Made by a program: the position numbers and the translations under genes. 26,898 nucleotides of DNA from Candidatus Saccharimonadota bacterium. Lineage in GTDB: Bacteria > Patescibacteriota > Patescibacteriia > 2-12-FULL-60-25. The notes below the pieces were generated by a model. That model did no database searches, had not been told where the DNA came from, and saw only the letters and a program-made list of their open reading frames with translations. The stretch covers positions 498,891 to 525,788 of the forward strand of contig JALHOH010000002.1 of assembly GCA_022843095.1 (NCBI GenBank), given 5' to 3'. Every line of letters starts with the position of its first letter. Positions within the stretch are counted from its first letter, which is position 1. Shown one piece after another: positions 1-8,913 of the stretch.

Positions 1-24
1 AGCCCGACCATCAAAATACCGGCT
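1..24 (+). repeat. Direct repeat copy A (agcccgaccatcaaaataccggct)
   Basis: Read directly: 1-24 matches 177-200 at 23/24 positions (c/t at 20/196). The copy starts at the window edge, so its true length is unknown. Confidence 0.8.
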
Positions 25-43
25 CCAGGCCGGTGTTTTGTTT
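18..43 (+). terminator. Rho-independent terminator-like hairpin after repeat copy A
   Basis: accggc-tccag-gccggt forms a perfect 6-bp stem, followed by gttttgtttg. Confidence 0.55.
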
Positions 44-156
44 GTCGGATACGGGATCGCGAGCACCCATGGACTCCTCGCCGAACAGGCGCGCGACCAA
101 CAGAGAAGGCGCTTCGTGAGGGAGTTGAACCGAGTATGCGTAGGTTCAACGAGGCC

Positions 157-186
157 GTGGGTTCGAGTCCCAACTCAGCCCGACCA
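157..186 (+). other. tRNA/tmRNA-like 3' terminal module (T-arm-like element plus ...ACCA)
   Basis: gtggg-ttcgagt-cccaa resembles a T-stem/T-loop and is followed by ctcagcccg-a-cca. I could not find a matching 5' acceptor strand or a full cloverleaf in 40-186. Confidence 0.3.
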
Positions 187-200
187 TCAAAATACTGGCT
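177..200 (+). repeat. Direct repeat copy B (agcccgaccatcaaaatactggct)
   Basis: 23/24 identical to 1-24. It is followed by a degenerate version of the copy-A hairpin (actggc-ttaat-gccggt) without a T-run. Its last base (200) is the first base of the stop codon (200-202) of the minus-strand gene. Confidence 0.8.
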
Positions 201-1456
201 TAATGCCGGTGTCCATGCCCATGATCCCCTCTTTCCTCCTCCTGCGGACGGACGAGCCCAATATTCTTGATCGCCCATGCCGCCAATATCGCCGTAATGG
301 GCACCGTAAAGATCAATCCAATCGTCCCGGCAAGCGAGCGCACGATTTCATCTACGACCACATCAAAATTGATGAACTTCAGCCACGATTCGCCGTACTG
401 CGTGAACAAAAGCAAGGTCGACAGCGATCCCCCGACGTACGCGTAGACAAGCGTATTCGCGAGTGCGCTCATGTGGTCGCGCCCCACGATCATGCCGGAT
501 AAAAACAGTTGCCGCACCGATAACCGATGGTTTGCCTTCCACACCTCCGAAATCCCAGAAACAATCGAAACCGCGACGTCTTCGACCACCCCGGCCGAGG
601 CGATAATGATTCCGGCAAACAGCAATCCCCGCGGATCCAGGTGCGGGTTTTTATCAAAGAACAGACGATCATCTTCCGTAGATAACCCAGAAAGATGCGC
701 CCAATCCGCAAACAACTGCGCAATGAGATACGCCGTGAGCGCGCCTCCCATCGTCCCGATCGAGGTGACAATCGCCTTCCGATTCCATCCCGTCCCCATC
801 CCTGTCGAAAGAAGCGTAAACACCCCCGCAAGCACGATCGCGATCGGTACAGGATTCAATCCACGCAAAAACAGCGGGATTAGCACATATCCGATCAGCG
901 CAATCGAAATCAAGATGGATAACGCCGTCTTGAATCCCTGCCACCCAGACAACACCACAAGCATCACCACAAACAACGCAACGAGCGCATACATGGCATG
1001 ACGACGATCGTACCCATCCACAAAGAGTTGCCACCCGCCGTCATCTGCCTGCTGCATGTACACGACGATGCGATTTCCGGGGCGCAATTCCAACCGATAC
1101 GGATTCGATCCGACATCGCTTGTAATCTCGCGTACCTGTCCTGTAAGCGGCCCGGATACAAACGTGACTCGATATGACTCCAATTGTTGTGCATGACGAT
1201 CATCTTTCTGCTGAATCGTCTTCACCTCTTCCACAATGGCACGCTCGTAAATCCCCTGCGCATGCGCACGAACAGACTCGGCCGACGGTTCGTGTGTCGT
1301 TCCCTCCTGCACAGTCGTCGACGAGACCCCCATCTCCGTCGTTGTTGCATGCACCTCCGTGGTGGTAGCAAGTGCTGCATACGAAACAAGCGGAGCCTGG
1401 ACAACGCCAGCCAACGTCAGAACTCCAAGCATCCACGCACGAAAAGGGATTCCCAT
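200..1456 (-). CDS. YibE/F family integral membrane protein
   Basis: ORF 200..1495. The start is trimmed to MGIPFRAWMLGVLTLAGVV (signal-like). Multiple TM helices follow, and the motifs GVVEDVAVSIVSG and VGRDHMSALANTLVYAYVGGSL are typical of YibE/F. Confidence 0.75.
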   Translation of the reverse strand: MGIPFRAWMLGVLTLAGVVQAPLVSYAALATTTEVHATTTEMGVSSTTVQEGTTHEPSAESVRAHAQGIYERAIVEEVKTIQQKDDRHAQQLESYRVTFVSGPLTGQVREITSDVGSNPYRLELRPGNRIVVYMQQADDGGWQLFVDGYDRRHAMYALVALFVVMLVVLSGWQGFKTALSILISIALIGYVLIPLFLRGLNPVPIAIVLAGVFTLLSTGMGTGWNRKAIVTSIGTMGGALTAYLIAQLFADWAHLSGLSTEDDRLFFDKNPHLDPRGLLFAGIIIASAGVVEDVAVSIVSGISEVWKANHRLSVRQLFLSGMIVGRDHMSALANTLVYAYVGGSLSTLLLFTQYGESWLKFINFDVVVDEIVRSLAGTIGLIFTVPITAILAAWAIKNIGLVRPQEEERGDHGHGHRH

Positions 1457-1495
1457 ATCCTTTGCATCATGCCGGAATACCACCAACGTCCGCAA

Positions 1496-2953
1496 CTATC
1501 CCTTGTTCCATGGATACGGCTCGCGATAGACGGTCTCTTCCGTGGCGTAGCGCGAAAGCCAGTCCGAGAGTACCGCTGTCGCACGAACATCTTCTTCGTT
1601 GTACTGCAAAATCCCATCCAACACCGACCGTTGCTTGGTGGCGAGCCATTTATCGTATTCGCTTACGGACTGTCCGCCGCTCGTCACCTCCCCCGTCCAG
1701 GCATATCCCAAAAACTTCCCAATCTGTTTGAGGCTATAAAAATGCAACGGGAATACCACGTGATCACGCGTCAATTCCTTCAAGTCCACCATGCGTCGTT
1801 GAAACTTTTGCAGCCAGGGATTCTGCGTATCTCGATAGCGCTCCGCAAGCTGTGTCAGGCGCTGAACCTCGTAATTCGCGTAATGATACACCGTGTACTC
1901 CCCAGGTAACGTAGGGAGCCACGCTAAAAACGCCCGCCACATAGTTTCTTCCTCCTCCGGCCGTTCTGCCACAAACGATTGATAGTGCCCTGCCCCTTCA
2001 CGGATATAAAACCCATACAGATAATCCGTGTCCGTGGGCGGATGACTCTCGATGTCAAAATGGATTTCTACCCCTTTTGTGACAAGCGCGAGCGGTCGCT
2101 TGATTATCACAAGCCGATCGCGAAGCGATTGCGCCTGCCGTTTCGCCGCAACCAACGCACGCAGCGTAAGCCCGGGTGATTGTCCCTCCAACTGCTCGGG
2201 ACGCATCTCCGCCGCGTCATCGACCGTCCGGATCCCAACGCTTCGAAGCGCCTTCAATTTACGCACGTCCACGTTAAACAGAAGCGCGATGTCATTGGTC
2301 CGTGTCGCCAACCGCTCACACGCCTTCCCCCACGGCGAGGTATCATGACACGCCTTCCGATACACCGGGTCCGGCATCTCCCCGGCACGAATGCGCTCGA
2401 GCGTCTCCGTTACCTCTCGATATTCTTCCGCAATTTCCGACGGATCAAACGTAATCCGCTCTCCATCTCCGTTGATAATCGCCGCGTGTGCCGGGTATTT
2501 TTCCTGAATTTTCTCTAAGAGCTCACTATAAAACGCCAACTGGAACTTGTGTTCCTTTTTGAGCTCATGCGCCCGTTTGATATCAAGCGGGGCATAATAC
2601 CAATCACCAAACACACTCTTTCCACGCCGACGCTCCAACACATCCGGCCTCCCAACCCGATCTTCAAACACAAGCCACCCTTGATAAATCGCCGGAACAC
2701 CCTGCTTCATGAGCGCGAGCGTCTTCTCCATCCCATCTTCTGCATCCATTACCTTCACCTCGCGCAGATCTTGAAAGGCTTCTCGCACGATCTTTTTTTC
2801 GTGCTCTAACCCATCCGCCATCCGCTGTTCTTCGGCCTCGGTCAACGGTCGACGATCCGTTGGCTTTCCAAACCGCTCCCAATACGGCCAATGTGGACAT
2901 TGGACATAACGATAGTAGTCGGTCGCGGTCAGTCGATCCTGCGCAAAAGGCAT
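1496..2953 (-). CDS. RecB-family nuclease, TM0106-type (Cas4-like PD-(D/E)XK N-domain + RNase H-like C-domain)
   Basis: ORF 1496..3010, with the start trimmed to MPFAQDRLTATDYYRYVQCPHWPYW. It has an N-terminal Cys, later Cys residues (ACHDTSPWGKACE), APLDIKRAHELKKEHKFQLAFYSELL (D..K, QxxxY) and C-terminal HFDIESHPP / NEEDV exonuclease-like motifs. Confidence 0.7.
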   Translation of the reverse strand: MPFAQDRLTATDYYRYVQCPHWPYWERFGKPTDRRPLTEAEEQRMADGLEHEKKIVREAFQDLREVKVMDAEDGMEKTLALMKQGVPAIYQGWLVFEDRVGRPDVLERRRGKSVFGDWYYAPLDIKRAHELKKEHKFQLAFYSELLEKIQEKYPAHAAIINGDGERITFDPSEIAEEYREVTETLERIRAGEMPDPVYRKACHDTSPWGKACERLATRTNDIALLFNVDVRKLKALRSVGIRTVDDAAEMRPEQLEGQSPGLTLRALVAAKRQAQSLRDRLVIIKRPLALVTKGVEIHFDIESHPPTDTDYLYGFYIREGAGHYQSFVAERPEEEETMWRAFLAWLPTLPGEYTVYHYANYEVQRLTQLAERYRDTQNPWLQKFQRRMVDLKELTRDHVVFPLHFYSLKQIGKFLGYAWTGEVTSGGQSVSEYDKWLATKQRSVLDGILQYNEEDVRATAVLSDWLSRYATEETVYREPYPWNKG

Positions 2954-2960
2954 ACGCGTC

Positions 2961-4490
2961 TCAATACGCATCCATAAAAATCGGCGCCAAATATCGATCG
3001 GTTGGCACAAAGTTATCGGTCAGCGCCGGTGAATCATGACCCGCCAAAAACGTTTCCACCTGTTCGTCGGACAGGAGCTGAATCGCATGCGCATGATCTT
3101 CCCCGTCTTCCGGAGCCGCGCCGTCCGGAAAGGTCACGCGTCCCCACGCATCCCGATCGATCGGAACGTCTGTCGCAAGCAACACGTAGGTGTTTCTGCC
3201 GCCACGAATTTCATCGCTGAGCGACGAAACGTATACATGCGTCCACACACTCCGAAGCGTCCGGACCATGGCCGCCAAAAACTGCCCATACCGCGCATCA
3301 TCAATAATATTCATCGCATACACCCCGTCCGGCGTCAGATGTGCTTTGACCCGTTCATGAAATTCCACCGTCGTCAGGTGATATGGAACGCTAAAATCAT
3401 TGAACGCGTCGCCAAACGCAAACGAAAAACGATGTTCGGTGTCCTGGCGTAGATACGCTCGCGCGTCCATGTTCACCGTTTGGATCTTGGTGTCGCGCGG
3501 CAATTGAAGCAACGCATGATTCGCCTCGGTTACGCCCGGATCAATCTCGATGACGACATTCGTGGAGGACGGATAAAAGCGATCCAGATACCGCGGCATC
3601 GCATATCCACCGCCGCCAATAAACAGGTTCGAAAACGTCTCTCCAGCCCCGTGCCGGCTCGCCACGAGGTTTGCGTAGACCTGTTCATATTTGTACCCCA
3701 ATTTCGATGGTTCTTCCGGACGCACATACGAATGCACCAGATGGTCTAGCTTCAGGACATACGCGCCGTCTGCCTGCGCCTCCACGCGAATGCAAAAGTA
3801 CTGCGTTTCCATCTGACACAACCGTGGGACAAACAGATCGCCGACCAAGAGCACCGCCGCAAGCGCCGCATACCGCTTTGGCCACAGCCACGAAGGCGCG
3901 ACCAGACAAAAGCCAATAGCAAACAACAGGGCGGAGATGACGGAAAGGACGGGCTTTGTTCCAAATACGCCGATCAATACCACCCCTGCAAGCAACGTGC
4001 CGATGAGACTTCCGATTGCGTTCGCCGCACCCAAACTCCCCCATCGACGGCCGGTTTGGGCCAACGTCTCCAAATCCATCTTCATTGCAACCGGCTGGAC
4101 GCACGACAACAAAAACGACATGGGAAGCATCGCATACAACGAAAACACGATCACTTTCATGGTGAGGGGCACGTTCCACGACCCCATCGCATTCCCAAGG
4201 ATCGGCACCGTGTAATTCAGCACAAGCGTCGCGACGCCGGTGAGCGCAAACATCTTTGCTAAGGCCAAACGATGACTCGTCCGATCCGCGATCACACCCC
4301 CTGCATAACTCCCGACCGACATCCCGACCAACACGGACCCGATCACCGCGGTCCACGTGAACACCGATACGCCCAAATAGGGCGCCAGCATGCGCGCAAA
4401 CACCAATTCGATGATCATGAGGGAGGCGGATGCGATCCCAACCAGAATCGGACCACGCGCAAGCCACCCGGAAATACGCGAAAGGATCAT
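2961..4490 (-). CDS. Fused polytopic membrane domain / spermidine synthase-like SAM-dependent transferase
   Basis: ORF 2961..4556, with the start trimmed to MILSRISGW (ATGA overlap with the upstream stop at 4487-4490). The N-terminal half is about 8 TM helices. The C-terminal half has NLFIGGGGYAMPRYL (GxGxG), VVIEIDPGV and FGDAFND. Confidence 0.7.
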   Translation of the reverse strand: MILSRISGWLARGPILVGIASASLMIIELVFARMLAPYLGVSVFTWTAVIGSVLVGMSVGSYAGGVIADRTSHRLALAKMFALTGVATLVLNYTVPILGNAMGSWNVPLTMKVIVFSLYAMLPMSFLLSCVQPVAMKMDLETLAQTGRRWGSLGAANAIGSLIGTLLAGVVLIGVFGTKPVLSVISALLFAIGFCLVAPSWLWPKRYAALAAVLLVGDLFVPRLCQMETQYFCIRVEAQADGAYVLKLDHLVHSYVRPEEPSKLGYKYEQVYANLVASRHGAGETFSNLFIGGGGYAMPRYLDRFYPSSTNVVIEIDPGVTEANHALLQLPRDTKIQTVNMDARAYLRQDTEHRFSFAFGDAFNDFSVPYHLTTVEFHERVKAHLTPDGVYAMNIIDDARYGQFLAAMVRTLRSVWTHVYVSSLSDEIRGGRNTYVLLATDVPIDRDAWGRVTFPDGAAPEDGEDHAHAIQLLSDEQVETFLAGHDSPALTDNFVPTDRYLAPIFMDAY

Positions 4491-5122
4491 ACAGAGGGTG
4501 TCGAACGTGAAGACGGCAGAAAGGCGATGGCGATTCCGACCAGCAACAGCGAACACGCAAGCGCAATCAACAATTCGCGCGTCCCAACATACATAAGAAA
4601 CACAAATCCCGAGAGAAACGTCCCCGCGATACTCCCGGCCGCGCCGGACGCACCGATCGCCCCGGCTTCCACTCCTGCACGATCAAGCGTATCCACTGCA
4701 ACCTTCACCACCTGTGGAGACACGGTCGACAAAAAGAACGCCGTGGGAAAAAACACGGTGAGGCAAAACAGAACGGTGGCAAACCAGACCGGCCACTGCG
4801 CCGAGGCAAGCACCGGGCCGACCGCCTGAGACAATGGGATGGCAACAAGCGCCATGATCCCCGCGCATCCAAACGACAGCCCCAGCGTTTTGCGCGTGAC
4901 GCCCCGATCTGCGACCTGCCCACCAAACCAATTCCCTAGAGAAACACCGATCAAAATGACGGCGATGATCGACGTCCACGTGTACAGCGATGCGCCAAGA
5001 TGGGGCGCAAGGACACGGGAGGCCACCATTTCGATGGTCATGAGCGTAAAACTTCCATAAAACACAATCGCCCGCGCAAACGGAAGTTGCGGGGCGAGTG
5101 TCGGGGCGGAACCTGGTTCCAT
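4487..5122 (-). CDS. Stand-alone paralog of the membrane module of the downstream fused gene
   Basis: 211 aa, all TM helices. IEMVASRVLAPHLGASLYTWTSIIAVILIGVSLGNWFGGQVADR aligns by eye with IELVFARMLAPYLGVSVFTWTAVIGSVLVGMSVGSYAGGVIADR of the next gene. Confidence 0.65.
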   Translation of the reverse strand: MEPGSAPTLAPQLPFARAIVFYGSFTLMTIEMVASRVLAPHLGASLYTWTSIIAVILIGVSLGNWFGGQVADRGVTRKTLGLSFGCAGIMALVAIPLSQAVGPVLASAQWPVWFATVLFCLTVFFPTAFFLSTVSPQVVKVAVDTLDRAGVEAGAIGASGAAGSIAGTFLSGFVFLMYVGTRELLIALACSLLLVGIAIAFLPSSRSTPSV

Positions 5123-5138
5123 ACCCCATCAACCTACG

Positions 5139-5291
5139 CTACTTGGTTTCCTTGTGCAACGCATGCCCTTTGCACGCCTTGCAGAACTTGGAAAGCTCGA
5201 GCCGGTTCTTGATTTTCTTGTTCTTCTTCGAGTGATAATTCACCTTTTTGCACTGGGTGCACTCGAACTTGATGAGGGATTCCTGGGACAT
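5139..5291 (-). CDS. rpmG: 50S ribosomal protein L33
   Basis: The internal Met of ORF 5139..5396 gives the 50-aa protein [50 protein letters not shown], with CxxC...CxxC and a typical L33 length and sequence. The longer ORF would overlap the tRNA. Confidence 0.9.
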   Translation of the reverse strand: MSQESLIKFECTQCKKVNYHSKKNKKIKNRLELSKFCKACKGHALHKETK

Positions 5292-5387
5292 ACGCGTGGA
5301 AATGATGGGGCAATCCTGCCGGAAAGGGCGAGAACTGTCAAGTAGGATGATCGACGGGAATCCGGCCAGTTTTGGCCGTTTTCTCGA

Positions 5388-5464
5388 TGGAGCCACCTCG
5401 CGGATTTGAACCGCGGACCTGCTGTTTACAAAACAGCTGCTCTAACCAGCTGAGCTAAGGTGGC
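5388..5464 (-). tRNA. tRNA-Thr (anticodon UGU), CCA encoded
   Basis: The reverse complement folds by hand as GCCACCT-TA-GCTC-AGCTGGTTA-GAGC-A-GCTGT-TTTGTAA-ACAGC-AGGTC-CGCGG-TTCAAAT-CCGCG-AGGTGGC-T-CCA (77 nt). Confidence 0.9.
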
Positions 5465-5527
5465 GCGGGAGGCAGGATAACGGATCGCGGACGGATTGTC
5501 ATCTTGAGTGGTTATTTTATCCCGCCC

Positions 5528-6484
5528 ATGCAAAAATGGCATTCTATGCGCCCCGTTATCCTTCTGGCTCTGCTCGCCCTTCTGGGCGTAGGTTGCAATC
5601 CCAAGGCTCCGCTCTCCAACACCCCGCCCCCTTCCGAATCCCCCGCTCCCCAACCCCCGAAGACCGATGCCCCACCGGCTCCGCTTGGATCTGGGCTCGA
5701 AATCCGTGTTGCAACAACAACCAAAACGCTGACGCTCGGACCAAAGGCGAGCTGCACCTTCACCCTTGAGCTCCCACAGTTTTTTGCGACCGGCGACGGA
5801 GATACGCGTGTCGGGACGATGAATCGCGCGATCCATGGCGAACTGCTCCGCGCACGCGTGGAAGGCGCGGGAAAGCCAGGAGAACTCTATCGCCCCGAGG
5901 AGGTTCAGGAACAATTCCTGGCGCTGTGTAAACAAGGCATGCAAGAAAGTTTCGATATTGCAAACGACAGCAACGATTGGATCCTGAATTGGTTCGAAGA
6001 GAACACGGTCGAGATCCAGCGCCTGCCGCATGGCCTGGTCTCCATGAGTTTTTACACAGGAACCTATACCGGCGGCGCGCACCCCAATCATTGGAGCACA
6101 CACCTAAATTTTGACACGAACGCCCGATCCGTTCTCACGATCCAGGATCTGATTCGCGACGATCGAACGGACGCATTCGCAAAGGCCATCGCCGCCCGCT
6201 TACGCGAAGCCGAAGCACAAGACGGTGAGTTTCTGTTCCAGGATGCGCGCGACATGTTTGCGACACTCGAACAAGGCACCTCATCGACGGCGGCAACCGC
6301 TTTTCTGGACCAGGTGGAGCTGACAAAAATCTGGTCGATTTCTCGAGAAGGGCTCGTACTTGAATGGAATACCTACGACATCGCCCCCTACGCAGGAGGC
6401 CCCGTAATCATCACGCTTCCATACAAAAACCACGCGGATCTTTTTGAACCCGCGTGGCTCGAAAAACTCACGACCCTTCAATAA
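5528..6484 (+). CDS. Secreted lipoprotein with DUF3298/DUF4163 (PdaC/RsiV-like) domain
   Basis: ORF 5504..6484. It has a signal plus lipobox-like LLALLGVGC and the YTGGAHPNHW motif characteristic of DUF3298. The start is uncertain (5504, 5528 or 5546). Confidence 0.65.
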   Translation: MQKWHSMRPVILLALLALLGVGCNPKAPLSNTPPPSESPAPQPPKTDAPPAPLGSGLEIRVATTTKTLTLGPKASCTFTLELPQFFATGDGDTRVGTMNRAIHGELLRARVEGAGKPGELYRPEEVQEQFLALCKQGMQESFDIANDSNDWILNWFEENTVEIQRLPHGLVSMSFYTGTYTGGAHPNHWSTHLNFDTNARSVLTIQDLIRDDRTDAFAKAIAARLREAEAQDGEFLFQDARDMFATLEQGTSSTAATAFLDQVELTKIWSISREGLVLEWNTYDIAPYAGGPVIITLPYKNHADLFEPAWLEKLTTLQ

Positions 6485-7258
6485 CTACGCCGTCAGACCA
6501 CGTCCTTGCTTTAGCAACCGTAGTGCCAACATCCAAAGCCCCACGGAGATTACCGCCACCATTCCCAAGCTTACGGAGACCGGAATCTCCGGATTCCCAA
6601 AAAATCCGGCGCGCATCCCGCTCACCAAATACAGTATCGGGTTGATGCGACTGATTGTCTGCCACGGCTCCGGCAACGCCGTCACGGGATAAAAGATCCC
6701 ACTCAAATAGATGAGCGGCGTCAGGATGAAGGTCGTAAAGACACCAGCATCATCAAAGCTTTTTGCGAAGAGACCGTTCAAGAATCCGCCGATCGCAAAG
6801 AGGACGGCTGCAAGAAGCGCAAACGCCACCAAGACGAACGGATGCTCGACTGCCGGCCGCGCAAAAAACATGGACACGGCGAAAATCAAGAGGCCCGTCA
6901 ACAAACCACGCAGCGCACCCCCGGCGACATAGCCCCCAAGGATGGTCGCCGGTTTTACGGGAGAGACCAACAATTCTTCGATACTCCGCTGAAACTTTGC
7001 GGCGAAAAACGAAAACGCCACGTTCGAGAAGGCGCCGTTAATCACCCCCATCATGACCATGCCGGGCACGATGAATTGCGCATACCCCACCCCCTGCACA
7101 TCGCCGACGCGCGCGCCCAAAAACGCTCCAAAGATGATGAAGTACAACGATTGCGTAATAAGCGGCGGGACGAGCGACTGTTTCCAGATGCGCAAAAAGC
7201 GATGGCACTCGCGCCACGCCAGCGTCCGAAACGGCACCCACTGTGAAACGGTGGCCAT
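6485..7258 (-). CDS. ABC-2 type transporter permease
   Basis: 257 aa with about 6 TM helices. N-terminal LAWRECHRFLRIWKQSL is typical of ABC-2 permeases, and the gene lies immediately downstream of the ATPase gene. Confidence 0.75.
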   Translation of the reverse strand: MATVSQWVPFRTLAWRECHRFLRIWKQSLVPPLITQSLYFIIFGAFLGARVGDVQGVGYAQFIVPGMVMMGVINGAFSNVAFSFFAAKFQRSIEELLVSPVKPATILGGYVAGGALRGLLTGLLIFAVSMFFARPAVEHPFVLVAFALLAAVLFAIGGFLNGLFAKSFDDAGVFTTFILTPLIYLSGIFYPVTALPEPWQTISRINPILYLVSGMRAGFFGNPEIPVSVSLGMVAVISVGLWMLALRLLKQGRGLTA

Positions 7259-7259
7259 A

Positions 7260-8165
7260 TTAGCTGATGGTTTGGAGGAAGAGTTCTTCTAAGCGATTGT
7301 TGCGCGGACGGATGTCCGTGACCGTAATCCCCTGTGCGGACAGACCGGCAAGCAGCGCGGTCACCGTTCCCGTTTGCGGAAGCTCCGCATCCCATTCCAG
7401 GTCACCGATCTTCTTGCAGACGATCCCATCGATCGGGGACACGCTTGCAATCGGCGTCGCCGTCGTGAACACAAATCGTTTGACGTCCAAAGAAGCAACG
7501 AGCTCCGCCATCTTCCCTTCGCGGACAATCGTCCCCTGCTTGATGATCGACGCCGTCTGACACAACTGCTCCGCCTCTTCCAGGTAGTGCGTGGTCAGCA
7601 AAATGGTCGTCCCCTGCGCATTCAAGGTCTGCAAGAACTCCCACATGCTGCGACGCAATTCCACGTCGACGCCGGCCGTGGGTTCATCCAAGAGAAGAAT
7701 CTTTGGTTGATGAACCAGCGCACGGGCAATCATGAGTCGCCGCTTCATCCCGCCAGAAAGCGTCCGCGAGGGAAGCGCGCGTTTTTCCCACAAACCCAGC
7801 TGCTTCAGCAGCGCCTCGACACGCGTGACTGCCTCCTGTCGCGGAACGCCATAAAACCCGGCCTGGGTGACACAAATATCGAACGGCGTCTCAAAAATCG
7901 AGAAATTGAACTCCTGCGGCACAACCCCGATCAGCGAGCGAACGACTTCTGGCTCGGCGTCCAAATCATGACCAAGCACCGTCGCCGTTCCGCCGGACTT
8001 GCGCACAAGACCCGTCAAAATCCCGATGGTCGTGGTTTTCCCTGCACCGTTTGCCCCAAGAAGCGCATGCATCGCTCCTTCTTCGACCCGCATCGACAGC
8101 CCTTGCAAGGCCTTGGCGCCGGTCGCGTACTGCTTGGTGAGGCCCTGAATATCAAGAGCGATCAT
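7260..8165 (-). CDS. ABC transporter ATP-binding protein
   Basis: ORF 7260..8210 trimmed to MIALDIQGLTKQY. It has Walker A GANGAGKTT, signature LSGGMKRR and Walker B LLLDEPTAGVD. Confidence 0.9.
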   Translation of the reverse strand: MIALDIQGLTKQYATGAKALQGLSMRVEEGAMHALLGANGAGKTTTIGILTGLVRKSGGTATVLGHDLDAEPEVVRSLIGVVPQEFNFSIFETPFDICVTQAGFYGVPRQEAVTRVEALLKQLGLWEKRALPSRTLSGGMKRRLMIARALVHQPKILLLDEPTAGVDVELRRSMWEFLQTLNAQGTTILLTTHYLEEAEQLCQTASIIKQGTIVREGKMAELVASLDVKRFVFTTATPIASVSPIDGIVCKKIGDLEWDAELPQTGTVTALLAGLSAQGITVTDIRPRNNRLEELFLQTIS

Positions 8166-8170
8166 ACCGA

Positions 8171-8767
8171 TTACGCTCGCGCGGACTGAAACGCCGGTCG
8201 CGCTTTGCACGCCTCCATCCAGCGGACAATGTTTGGATACCCCGTGAGATCAAAGCCAGAGACATCCGCGTAGGTCAGGGATGTGGCGGCGATGATATCC
8301 CCGACCGTGAAGTCCTCTCCCGCGACATAGGCATGCGTTGCCAAATGCCCATCCAAAATCGGCAACCAACGTCCAAGATGCGTCTTCGCATCTTCCACCA
8401 CGGCCGGATCTTCTTTCTTGTTCCAGACAAGCATCGCCATGCGCAACAACTGCGGCTGGATGTTCAACATCACAAATTGCCCCCATTGCTGGGCACGCGC
8501 ACGCAGCTGCGGGGTCGATCCCAGAAGCTCCGGCTTATAGGCATCACACAAATACCACGCGATCGCTGCGGATTCCGTGAGTACAAAGTTCCCGTCCTTT
8601 AGGGTCGGGACCTGCCCCGTTGGATTCAACGCCAAATACTCCGGCGTCTTATTTTCCCCCGCCGGAATGTTGATCGACTTAGTTTCATACGTTTGACCCA
8701 CCTCCCGCGCCGCCCAATGCGCACGCAACGAAGACCCCATCGCCCCACCGTAGATCGTAAGTGACAT
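8171..8767 (-). CDS. Glutathione S-transferase family protein
   Basis: ORF 8171..8800 trimmed to MSLTIYGG. NPTGQVPTLKDGNFVLTESAAIAWYL is the GST N-domain motif. Confidence 0.75.
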   Translation of the reverse strand: MSLTIYGGAMGSSLRAHWAAREVGQTYETKSINIPAGENKTPEYLALNPTGQVPTLKDGNFVLTESAAIAWYLCDAYKPELLGSTPQLRARAQQWGQFVMLNIQPQLLRMAMLVWNKKEDPAVVEDAKTHLGRWLPILDGHLATHAYVAGEDFTVGDIIAATSLTYADVSGFDLTGYPNIVRWMEACKARPAFQSARA

Positions 8768-8853
8768 AGGAAAAATCAATAAATAGTCATTTTCATCCAA
8801 CGCACCCGGTATCTAAGCACAGTTCGAACAGAAGGCAAACAGCAAACACAACT

Positions 8854-8887
8854 GAAAACACGACTCTCCGAGAAGAGTCGTGTTTTC
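8854..8887 (-). terminator. Intrinsic terminator hairpin immediately 3' of the tRNA remnant
   Basis: gaaaacacgactct-ccgaga-agagtcgtgttttc gives a 14-bp perfect stem with A/T runs at both ends. On the minus strand it starts 2 nt after the CCA at 8889. Confidence 0.7.
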
Positions 8888-8888
8888 G

Positions 8889-8913
8889 TGGTGGGCAGGC
8901 AAGGATTCGAACC
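8889..8913 (-). pseudogene. Orphan tRNA 3' fragment (T-loop, T-stem 3' strand, acceptor 3' strand, A, CCA); candidate att site / island junction
   Basis: The reverse complement is GGTTCGAATCCTTGCCTGCCCACCA. Beyond 8913 the expected T-stem 5' strand, anticodon and D arms and the GGGCAGG acceptor strand are absent. Confidence 0.6.

Noticed and set aside
41-186. Complete tRNA, tRNA-Sec or tmRNA gene
   Set aside because: No 5' acceptor strand complementary to cagcccg or ctcagcc was found. Two extra nucleotides sit between the T-stem and a 7-nt acceptor. About 146 nt is too short for a one-piece tmRNA. I kept only a low-confidence tRNA-like 3' module.
38-502. 154-aa plus-strand ORF
   Set aside because: It starts with TTG inside the tRNA-like/repeat region and then runs antisense to the well-supported YibE/F gene.
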